In this document: piece after piece, positions 7,602 through 15,047 of the stretch
How positions within the stretch are numbered: position 1 is the first letter of the stretch
How the letters are laid out: the number at the start of each line of letters is the position of its first letter
Assembly (NCBI GenBank): GCA_034439575.1
Contig: JAWXAQ010000034.1
Coordinates: 1-15,047, forward strand
Direction: 5' to 3'
DNA: 15,047 nt
Source of the DNA: Leptospira sp.
Lineage (GTDB): Bacteria; Spirochaetota; Leptospiria; Leptospirales; Leptospiraceae
Notes under the pieces: model-generated
What the model was told of the DNA's origin: nothing
Databases searched by the model: none
What the model saw: only the letters and a program-made list of their open reading frames with translations
Translations under genes and position numbers: made by a program

Positions 7602-7621
7602 AAGGTACGCTGGCGTACTTT
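7602..7621. promoter_or_regulatory. parS-like/operator palindrome, copy 1 (parA-parB junction)
   Basis: AAGGTACGCTGGCGTACTTT with core GTACGC-tg-GCGTAC; identical to 8429-8448. Confidence 0.7.
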
Positions 7622-8351
7622 ATTTCAGTTTATCCGCAAGGGCTTCAAATGACTTCCATGGCGCAGAACCTTCCTGCAAAGGTTTACCTGTTTCAGTTCT
7701 GTCTTTGATACCATCATTTTTCAAAATAGGATCTAGGATTTTTAAATTTTTGATTCCATTTAGTTTATCCAAAAGGTCTGACTGCTTTTGTGATGTGCCC
7801 CATTGAGAAGGTAAAATATATATCGATTTTTTCTTTTCTGCAGGATCAAATCTCTCCGCTTCTTCGATTTTTTTTCGCACTTGTGCCACTGTTCTTACTG
7901 CCCATTTGGACGGAGTGACAGGAATCAAAACAACATGTGCTGGCAAATAAGAAGAAATGTTTTCTGCCGATCCGGATCCAGGCGTATCAATGACAACGTA
8001 GTCGTATTTTGTTTTTTGTAAGATGTTCTTAAGTCTTGGGATTATAGAAAAATCTTTTGAGGCCAAATAACTTAAATCGGAAAGCTCAATGATGGCGGGA
8101 AGTACATCCACTGAATGAGATGGTTTGATTGATTCTGCAAGTGTTGTTTCCGCAGTAAGAACACTGAGAGTATTTCCCGAATCAAAAAACTCAACAGGTT
8201 CTTCTTGGAAGAAAAAATCGGAAAGGTCTGCCTGAGGGTCCATATCTACTGCGAGTGTTTTGCCTCGTTGTGAGAGCGCTAAAGCTAAATGAATCGCCGT
8301 AGTCGATTTTGAAGTTCCTCCTTTGATATTGGCAACAGTAATTATCTTCAT
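7620..8351 (-). CDS. parA: ParA-family partition ATPase; likely start MKIITV at 8351 rather than the TTG at 8387
   Basis: Deviant Walker A KGGTSKSTT, A' motif VDMDPQADLS, Walker B YDYVVIDTPG. Confidence 0.95.
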   Translation of the reverse strand: MKIITVANIKGGTSKSTTAIHLALALSQRGKTLAVDMDPQADLSDFFFQEEPVEFFDSGNTLSVLTAETTLAESIKPSHSVDVLPAIIELSDLSYLASKDFSIIPRLKNILQKTKYDYVVIDTPGSGSAENISSYLPAHVVLIPVTPSKWAVRTVAQVRKKIEEAERFDPAEKKKSIYILPSQWGTSQKQSDLLDKLNGIKNLKILDPILKNDGIKDRTETGKPLQEGSAPWKSFEALADKLK

Positions 8352-8428
8352 TGAAAGTACAAAGAATCTCTGTACTAAATCTCGCAAGCACCTTTTTGTT
8401 TTTGATGATAAATTCCGAAAATGGCCAG

Positions 8429-8448
8429 AAGGTACGCTGGCGTACTTT
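8429..8448. promoter_or_regulatory. parS-like/operator palindrome, copy 2 (upstream of parA)
   Basis: AAGGTACGCTGGCGTACTTT, 20/20 identical to 7602-7621, about 78 bp upstream of the parA ATG. Confidence 0.7.
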
Positions 8449-8502
8449 GGGGCTATTATGCATGGCGCATCGAATCATCTGTATTCCATAACTTATTGTT
8501 AA

Positions 8503-8563
8503 AAGCGACCGCGCTCTTAGCTGCAATCTTTGCTTACGCAAAGGATTTCCGCTTCGATCGCTT
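8503..8563. repeat. Structured REP-like intergenic element
   Basis: Outer arms AAGCGA/TCGCTT enclose the hairpin AATC-TTTGC-ttac-GCAAA-g-GATT; GC-richer than its flanks. Confidence 0.5.
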
Positions 8564-8607
8564 GCGCAGGATATTGATTTCAATATATGGAATCTAAATC
8601 GAACGAG

Positions 8608-8850
8608 TCATGAGTTTTGTAGGGCAACCGTGATTGGCATTGATGGGAAATTGCATCTTTTGATGGCAATCAAAGGTAATCGGATGAGTTTGTGTTTAAT
8701 GGAATAGATATCTGCGGAATCTATCACTCTTAGATCCATAATAAAATCTTCGTAGTTCTCCGTGATGTCAGTCATGGAACTGAGGGCATTATTGTGTATT
8801 GCCTCACCGCATTGAAAATCAACGGATTCCATCCGAATAGCTACTGTCAT
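8608..8850 (-). CDS. Small hypothetical protein, weakly STAS-like; may be a decayed gene
   Basis: 80-aa ORF with ATG start. 'DFIMDLRVIDSADIYSI' loosely resembles the STAS 'lDls.v..iDS' strand-helix; the C-terminal part looks non-conserved. Confidence 0.3.
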   Translation of the reverse strand: MTVAIRMESVDFQCGEAIHNNALSSMTDITENYEDFIMDLRVIDSADIYSIKHKLIRLPLIAIKRCNFPSMPITVALQNS

Positions 8851-9289
8851 TAGTTTCGGAATTCCATCTCTTGATAAAAGATTCTTTATTTGTTTCAGAA
8901 AGAGGCTAGCTAGGTTTAGTTAGCTTTATTGTTAGATCCAGGATTCAGATTATGATGAAGAGTTTGCTCGTTTCCAAAGAGCAGGCTTTTCCTTCGAACA
9001 ATATTAACTATATTGGCATATTATACTTCTAGGAATGATCCTGGAGGTTCGACTTTTTGGGTTTCTGTCTTGGTTGCGCCAATATCAATTCTAAGTTTCA
9101 GGGTGCAAAGGAAGCGCATCAAGGAGTTAGATTGCAAATTTGTAATCTAATGGTGGTTGATCGATTTTATTTATGATCAATTAGAATTCTGTAGTAGAGT
9201 AGGGGCGAGTCCCCTAGCGACTCGAAAATAGATTATTTCTGTTGTGTATTTTGCTGTAACAGCTGAAAATGGACGTGCTTGTCGGTCAT

Positions 9290-12103
9290 ATGAAAAACGA
9301 AAAGGAAACCAGAAGAGAAATTATAGACAAACGTCTGCTTGAGGCTGGATGGGATGTGAATGACCATTCACAAGTGGTTTCCGAGTTTGAAATTGTGGTG
9401 GAGCCGGCCGGGGATGGAGGGAAAGGAACAAGTGTTTATCATGGCCTCCAGTTCAGTGACTATGTGCTACTAGGCAAGGACGGAAAAGCCATCGCGGTCG
9501 TTGAGGCAAAGAAGTCATCGGTCGATGCAGCTATCGGTCGTGAACAAGCAAAACAATACTGTTATCATATTCAAAAATCGAAAGGTGGTGAACTTCCGTT
9601 TTGTATTTATACCAATGGGCATGATATTTATTTTTGGGAGCTTGAGCATAGCCCACCTCGTAAAGTCTACGGCTTTCCTACGCGAGATGATTTAGAGAGA
9701 TACGCCTACATTCGTCGGGCCAGAAGGCCACTCACTGGTGAACTCATAAATACACAGATTGCGGGAAGGGACTTCCAGATCCAAGCGATTCGCTCTGTGC
9801 TTGAAGCAGTTGAGAAGAAAAAAAGAAAGTTCCTCCTTGTAATGGCGACCGGAACGGGTAAAACAAGGACCTGCATTGCACTAGTAGAAACCTTGATGCG
9901 GGCGGGATGGGCTGAGCGAGTGTTATTCCTTGTGGACCGCATTTCCCTGAGAGACCAAGCACTCGATGCATTTAAAGAATTCATTCCCAATGAACCAAGA
10001 TGGCCTCACAAAGGAGAAACAGAGATTGTTAAGGACAGAAGGGTGTATGTCTCGACGTATCCAACGATGCTCAACGTGATCCGTGATGAAACAAACCCCT
10101 TATCGCCGCATTTTTTTGATTTGGTGGTAGTGGATGAATCTCATCGCAGTATTTATAATACTTACCAAGAAATCTTAGATTATTTTAGTACCATGGTGCT
10201 CGGTCTTACAGCCACACCAACCAATGTCATCGATCATAATACATTTAAACTGTTTGAATGTGAGGATGGTGTGCCGACTTTTGCTTATTCCTATGAGGAA
10301 GCCGTCAATCATATTCCACCTTATCTTTGTTCGTTTCAAGTGATGAAAATCAAAACCAAATTCCAAAACGAAGGGATTAGTAAACGCACCATTTCGATTG
10401 ATGATCAAAAAAAATTGATCTTGGAAGGAAAGGAAGTGGAAGAGATCAATTACGAAGGCACGGAACTGGAAAAAACGGTAAGTAACCGCGGCACCAACAC
10501 ATTGATTGTCAAACAGTTTATGGAAGAGTGCATCAAAGATCCGAGCGGTGTGATTCCAGGGAAAAGTATTTTTTTCTGTGTGAGCATCAACCATGCTCGC
10601 GAGATTGAAAGTATCTTCGATTCTCTGTATCCAGAATATAAGGGTGAATTTGCCAAGGTGATCGTGTCGGACGATCCGCGTGTTTACGGGCAGAATGGAC
10701 TCCTCAATCAATTCAAAAAAAATGATATGCCACGGGTCGGAATCAGTGTCGATATGCTCGATACCGGGATTGACATCCGGGAACTTGTAAACTTGGTTTT
10801 TGCAAAGCCTGTGTATTCATACACGAAGTTTTGGCAGATGATCGGTCGGGGGACAAGGCTACTTGCTACGGAAAAACAAATCCCTTGGTGTTTGGAGAAA
10901 GATCAATTTTTGGTCCTCGACTGTTGGGATAATTTTGAATATTTCAAGTTGAATCCGAAAGGGAAAGAATTGAAAAACCAGATCCCCATTCCGGTCAAAC
11001 TGTTCGGAATCCGACTCGAGAAATTGGAAAAGGCTCTGGAGCTTGGAGAGTCGGCCATTGTCACTCGAGAAATTGCTAAGTTAAAAAAACAAATCACCAC
11101 GCTACCGGAAAACTCCATCGTCATTAAAGATGCCAAGTCCAGTTTAGAACGAACTATAGATCCAAATTTTTGGAACCAACTGGGAACGCATAGCGAGAAT
11201 GAGGCGATTGTGTTTTTAAAGGAAGTCGTCAAACCACTCTTTCGCACAGTTTCCAATGTCGATTTTAAAGCCATGCGTTTTGAGAGAGATGTGCTCGAAG
11301 TCTCCCTTGCAAAGCTATGCCGGGAAGAAGATAAGTTTGAAACCTTAAAAGTGGGAGTCATTGAACTCATTTCGGAATTGCCGCTTTCTGTGAACACGGT
11401 CGCACTCGAGGCAGATTTGATTCGCAAAGCACAGACCAATGCCTATTGGGCTACGGCTACGGAAGACGACTATGATACCTTGGTGACAAAACTATCGCCA
11501 CTGCTTAAGTTCTTTGATTCCTTTGCTCCTCCTTTCCAAGTCGCGAAGTATGATCTAAAAGATTTGGTGGCCGAAAAGGAATATGTGGAATTTGGACCAC
11601 AACATGAATCGGTAAGCATTATCCGTTACAAGGAACTGGTCGAAGAAAAAATCTATGAACTCACAACATCGAGTCCCCTTTTACAAAAATTAAAATCTGG
11701 AATCACACTGAGCGAATCGGAAGTCCATACGCTTGCCGAGGAATTGCACGATGAACATCCGAACATCACCATTGATTTACTTAGAAGGGTCTACCAAAAT
11801 CGTAAGGCACAACTTGTACAATTTTTAAAACATATCCTTGGCATAGAAAGGCTTACCAGTTTTCCTGAGATCGTGAGCCAAGCCTTTGAAAATTTCATCC
11901 TGGCTCATAGTTATTTGTCTGCAAGACAGCTTCAGTTTATGGACCTACTGAAAAACTTTATTTTGGAAAAAGAAAATCTAACGAAGAGGGATCTGATTGA
12001 ATCTCCGTTTACGCAGATCCATCCAGAAGGGATTCGTGGTGTGTTTTCTCCCAAAGAAATTGATGAAATTTTAATCTTAACAGATAAGGTGCTCGCCGCA
12101 TAA
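9290..12103 (+). CDS. hsdR: Type I restriction enzyme R subunit (EcoAI/EcoEI-like architecture); alternative start at 9269
   Basis: Nuclease motif SDYVL...VVEAKK, Walker A MATGTGKT, DExH box DESH, GLTATP, VDMLDTGID, QMIGRGTR, and an EcoEI-type C-terminus (LIESPFTQIHPEG). Confidence 0.96.
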   Translation: MKNEKETRREIIDKRLLEAGWDVNDHSQVVSEFEIVVEPAGDGGKGTSVYHGLQFSDYVLLGKDGKAIAVVEAKKSSVDAAIGREQAKQYCYHIQKSKGGELPFCIYTNGHDIYFWELEHSPPRKVYGFPTRDDLERYAYIRRARRPLTGELINTQIAGRDFQIQAIRSVLEAVEKKKRKFLLVMATGTGKTRTCIALVETLMRAGWAERVLFLVDRISLRDQALDAFKEFIPNEPRWPHKGETEIVKDRRVYVSTYPTMLNVIRDETNPLSPHFFDLVVVDESHRSIYNTYQEILDYFSTMVLGLTATPTNVIDHNTFKLFECEDGVPTFAYSYEEAVNHIPPYLCSFQVMKIKTKFQNEGISKRTISIDDQKKLILEGKEVEEINYEGTELEKTVSNRGTNTLIVKQFMEECIKDPSGVIPGKSIFFCVSINHAREIESIFDSLYPEYKGEFAKVIVSDDPRVYGQNGLLNQFKKNDMPRVGISVDMLDTGIDIRELVNLVFAKPVYSYTKFWQMIGRGTRLLATEKQIPWCLEKDQFLVLDCWDNFEYFKLNPKGKELKNQIPIPVKLFGIRLEKLEKALELGESAIVTREIAKLKKQITTLPENSIVIKDAKSSLERTIDPNFWNQLGTHSENEAIVFLKEVVKPLFRTVSNVDFKAMRFERDVLEVSLAKLCREEDKFETLKVGVIELISELPLSVNTVALEADLIRKAQTNAYWATATEDDYDTLVTKLSPLLKFFDSFAPPFQVAKYDLKDLVAEKEYVEFGPQHESVSIIRYKELVEEKIYELTTSSPLLQKLKSGITLSESEVHTLAEELHDEHPNITIDLLRRVYQNRKAQLVQFLKHILGIERLTSFPEIVSQAFENFILAHSYLSARQLQFMDLLKNFILEKENLTKRDLIESPFTQIHPEGIRGVFSPKEIDEILILTDKVLAA

Positions 12104-13680
12104 TGGTATCGTTCAATTCGACTCTTAAATCTCTCATCGACAAACTATGGAACCTTTTTTGGAGTGGGGGCATTTCCAATCCACTCACCGCCATTGAACA
12201 AATCACCTATCTGATTTTTATGAAACGCATTGATGATCTCGACGCCAAACGGATACGAGATGCAGAGTTTACCAAAGAGAAGTATGTGTCTCGGTTTTCA
12301 GGGAAGTACAAAGTACCTGGGAGCAGTGATACGGTAAATAAGTCAGAACTTCGTTGGAGTGAATTCAAACACAAACCCGCCGAAGAGATGTTACTCCATG
12401 TCCAAACCAAGGTGTTTCCTTTTCTCAAGGAACTGGATGGTGGTTCTCCCTTTACCAAGTCCATGGCAAATGCTGTTTTTATCATGCCAAAACCATCCCT
12501 TCTTGTGGAAGCCATTGGGATCATTGAAAAGATCTTTGAAGAGATTGAACGGGACGCGACTGAGGGAGGTCATGCCTTCCAGGACATCCAAGGGGATGTA
12601 TATGAAATGCTTCTAAGCGAGATTGCAACCTCTGGAAAAAATGGACAGTTCCGCACTCCAAGGCATATCATCAAACTGATGACGGAACTCGTAAGTCCGC
12701 AGTTAGGTCAAAGAGTGGCTGACCCTGCTTGTGGGACCGGTGGATTTTTATTAGGTGCTTATCAGTACATTTTGACTGACATTGCCAAAAAATCGAAAAC
12801 TGGAAAGTCATCGGGTGCGACTCACATGGACGAAGATGGGTTTGAGCGAGCGGCGATTAACTCGAGTCACAATGTAGAAAGAAAAGCCATTTTAGAATCT
12901 AGTTTTTACGGATTTGATATTGATACCACTATGGTGCGCCTAGGACTTATGAACCTAATGATGCACGGGATCGAGCAACCTCATATTGATTACAAGGACA
13001 CACTGAGTAAGTCCTACAATGAAGACAGTCAGTTTGATGTGGTGCTTGCCAATCCTCCTTTTACAGGCAATATTGATAAGGGAGATATCAACGAAGGATT
13101 ATCCCTCCCAACTACCAAAACCGAACTCTTATTTGTCGAACGTATTTTCAGGATGTTAAAGATCGGTGGTACTGCCGCTGTGATTGTCCCCCAAGGGGTT
13201 CTCTTTGGCAGTGGCAAGGCCTTTGTAGAAGCACGTAAAATCCTTGTCGAGAAGTCGGAATTGAAAGCTGTCATCACCATGCCGAGTGGAGTTTTCAAAC
13301 CTTATGCCGGAGTGAGTACTGCCATCCTTCTATTTACCAAGGGAGGTACCACGGAAGAAGTATGGTTCTATGATATGGTCGCCGATGGCTATTCTCTCGA
13401 TGACAAACGCACCAAAATCGAAACCTCAGACCTCATCGATATCGTCACCCAATTCAAAGCCCGTTATCCAAAAAAAACAAATGACCGCAAGGCGAAGTAT
13501 TTTTTTGTTCCCAAGGTGGAAATTGTCGCCGAAGGATACGACCTTTCCATGAGCAAATTCAAGGAGGATGTCTTTGAAGAAGTGAGTTATGAATCGCCGA
13601 AGGTGATCTTGGAAAAACTAAAAGGACTGGAGAAAGAAATCGGGGAAGGGTTGGATGAGTTGACGGGGATGGTGCGGTGA
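12103..13680 (+). CDS. hsdM: Type I restriction-modification N6-adenine methyltransferase subunit
   Basis: GQFRTPRHII, SAM-binding motif DPACGTGGFL, catalytic NPPF. TAATG stop/start overlap with hsdR. Confidence 0.97.
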   Translation: MVSFNSTLKSLIDKLWNLFWSGGISNPLTAIEQITYLIFMKRIDDLDAKRIRDAEFTKEKYVSRFSGKYKVPGSSDTVNKSELRWSEFKHKPAEEMLLHVQTKVFPFLKELDGGSPFTKSMANAVFIMPKPSLLVEAIGIIEKIFEEIERDATEGGHAFQDIQGDVYEMLLSEIATSGKNGQFRTPRHIIKLMTELVSPQLGQRVADPACGTGGFLLGAYQYILTDIAKKSKTGKSSGATHMDEDGFERAAINSSHNVERKAILESSFYGFDIDTTMVRLGLMNLMMHGIEQPHIDYKDTLSKSYNEDSQFDVVLANPPFTGNIDKGDINEGLSLPTTKTELLFVERIFRMLKIGGTAAVIVPQGVLFGSGKAFVEARKILVEKSELKAVITMPSGVFKPYAGVSTAILLFTKGGTTEEVWFYDMVADGYSLDDKRTKIETSDLIDIVTQFKARYPKKTNDRKAKYFFVPKVEIVAEGYDLSMSKFKEDVFEEVSYESPKVILEKLKGLEKEIGEGLDELTGMVR

Positions 13681-13958
13681 TGCTTCGATACGAATCCTAC
13701 GGATTCTACTCAGCATCCCTATTCGATCGAATCCGGTCACTGAGTAGCGAAGGGTATCGAAGTGACCGGGATAAAGAGAGAATAGAAGAATTTCAATTTT
13801 CTTCCGCATATCCCTCTTCATTCAATTTGTATAAAATTCTTCCTCATTTTAGTTTCCCCGAATTCGAGGGAATTAGTGAATCGCTAAGACTCGTAGAATT
13901 AAAAGCACTCGAAAAAGAAATTTGCATTGGATGCAAGATGTTAACGGGTATGATGTGA
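13677..13958 (+). other. 93-codon bridging ORF made of the REP doublet plus a diverged copy of the hsdM C-terminus
   Basis: Starts in the hsdM stop (GTGATG) and ends in the hsdS start (TGATG). Its C-terminus ELKALEKEICIGCKMLTGMM aligns with the HsdM C-terminus KLKGLEKEIGEGLDELTGMVR. Confidence 0.6.
13679..13769. repeat. Inverted doublet of REP-like palindromic units (REPIN-like)
   Basis: Unit 1: GATGC-TTCGATAC-gaatcc tac ggattc-TACTCA-GCATC. Spacer palindrome ATTCGATCGAAT. Unit 2 (inverted): CCGGTCAC-TGAGTA-gcgaagg-GTATCGAA-GTGACCGG. CTTCGATAC/GTATCGAAG and CTACTCAG/CTGAGTAG pair between the units. Confidence 0.8.
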
Positions 13959-15047
13959 TGAGTCGATTCACAGAATGTAAACTCGGCGAACTTGTTCAAA
14001 TAACCGGTGGGGGAACTCCGAGTAGAATAATTTCAGAATATTGGGATGGCGATATTCCTTGGGTAACTGTGAAAGATTTTACATCAAAGAATATAGTTAC
14101 TGCGCAAGAAAAAATCACAGAAATAGGACTAAAAAACTCTGCTTCAAATCTGATTCCAGCGCATTCAATCCTCATGCCGACCAGAATGGCACTGGGCAAA
14201 ATTGCAATTAACTCAATCCCTGTTGCTATTAATCAGGATATAAAAGCTTTGAATATCCTAGACAAAGACAGATTAAACTCCAAATATCTTGTTTCTTATT
14301 TGTCCACGATTTCAAATGAAATTGAAAACGCTGGAAAGGGCGCGACTGTTAAAGGAATTAAATTAGATTTTTTAAAAGATCTAAGTATCCCGCTCCCCCC
14401 TCTCCCCGAACAAGTTGCCATTGCGAACCTTTTGTCCAAGGCCGATGCATTGATCGCCAAAAGGAAAGAAAGTTTGGCGTTGTTAGATGCTTATTTGAAG
14501 AGCACGTTTTTGGAAATGTTTGGTGATCCGGTGAGGAATGAGAAGGGGTGGGAGGTGAAGAGGTTAGGGGATGTTGTTCATTTAAGGGCAGGTCAGTTTG
14601 TTTCTGCTTCCGAAATTCAGTCGAATTTTACTCAAGGATTATATTCGTGTTATGGAGGAAATGGACGAAGAGGTTATGTGAAAACATTTACTCATGACGG
14701 TGAGTTTGTATTAATCGGCAGACAAGGAGCATTATGTGGAAATGTTAAAGTTGCTAAAGGTCAATTTCATGCTACAGAACATGCCGTTGTTTGTTCTCCG
14801 AAAATATTTTTTGAAACTTCTTGGCTCTACTACCTTTTAGAAATCATTAATCTAAACAAATATGCTAGTGGAGCTGCCCAGCCTGGTCTTACCGTGGGTA
14901 AATTAGAGCAAATCGATATAATATTTGCACCACTCGAACTCCAAAACCAATTTGCGGCTGTTGTGGAGAAAGTGGAGGCCTTGAAAGAGAAATACCATAA
15001 GAGTTTGGGGGAGTTAGAGAATTTATATGGGAGTTTGAGCCAGAGGG
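13958..15047 (+). CDS. hsdS: Type I restriction-modification specificity subunit with two TRDs; 3' end just outside the window
   Basis: Translated by hand from ATG 13958: MSRFTECKLGELVQITGGGTPSR...IPWVTVKD...AINQDIKAL...IPLPPLPEQVAIANLLSKADAL...FLEMFGDPVRNEKGWEVKRLGDV...SGAAQPGLT...APLELQNQFAAVVEKVEALK. Open to the edge; absent from the ORF track because its stop lies outside the window. Confidence 0.95.
   Translation, partial: MSRFTECKLGELVQITGGGTPSRIISEYWDGDIPWVTVKDFTSKNIVTAQEKITEIGLKNSASNLIPAHSILMPTRMALGKIAINSIPVAINQDIKALNILDKDRLNSKYLVSYLSTISNEIENAGKGATVKGIKLDFLKDLSIPLPPLPEQVAIANLLSKADALIAKRKESLALLDAYLKSTFLEMFGDPVRNEKGWEVKRLGDVVHLRAGQFVSASEIQSNFTQGLYSCYGGNGRRGYVKTFTHDGEFVLIGRQGALCGNVKVAKGQFHATEHAVVCSPKIFFETSWLYYLLEIINLNKYASGAAQPGLTVGKLEQIDIIFAPLELQNQFAAVVEKVEALKEKYHKSLGELENLYGSLSQR

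Noticed and set aside
6727..8583. ORFs 6727-7074, 7495-7806 and 8191-8583
   Set aside because: Shadows or alternative frames over parB, parA and the palindromic sites.
8950..9150. + strand stretch reading ...RNDPGGSTFWVSV..., like a histidine-kinase ATPase tail
   Set aside because: No convincing start, no other kinase boxes, and too short to support.
9501..14199. Many small ORFs inside hsdR, hsdM and hsdS
   Set aside because: Antisense or alternate-frame by-products of long coding genes.
14389..14408. C-rich run in hsdS as a phase-variation tract
   Set aside because: The longest pure run is short and simply encodes the conserved PLPPLPEQ motif; the frame is intact.
1..15047. CRISPR array, tRNA/rRNA, retron or other reverse-transcriptase system
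   Set aside because: I saw no regularly spaced repeat-spacer array, no tRNA/rRNA signature and no RT motifs.

Overview
The window looks like part of an extrachromosomal replicon (plasmid or plasmid-prophage), most likely from Leptospira. That assignment is inferred from the Rep/ParA/ParB module and the repeat style, not from a database search. Left to right: (i) the 5' part of an SMC/ABC-type ATPase gene running off the left edge, missed by the ORF track; (ii) an internally deleted, decayed IS3-family element with recognisable terminal inverted repeats; (iii) an acidic hypothetical protein; (iv) about 1.4 kb without ORFs, holding two strong palindromes and an origin-like repeat pattern; (v) a minus-strand parA-parB-rep module followed by a possible pseudogene and a basic HTH protein resembling a small terminase, with an identical 20-bp palindrome on both sides of parA; (vi) a divergently oriented Type I restriction-modification operon hsdR-hsdM-hsdS, with hsdS running off the right edge and also missed by the track. 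The hsdM-hsdS junction holds a REP-doublet-like insert plus a diverged duplicate of the hsdM 3' end, together forming a 93-codon bridging ORF.
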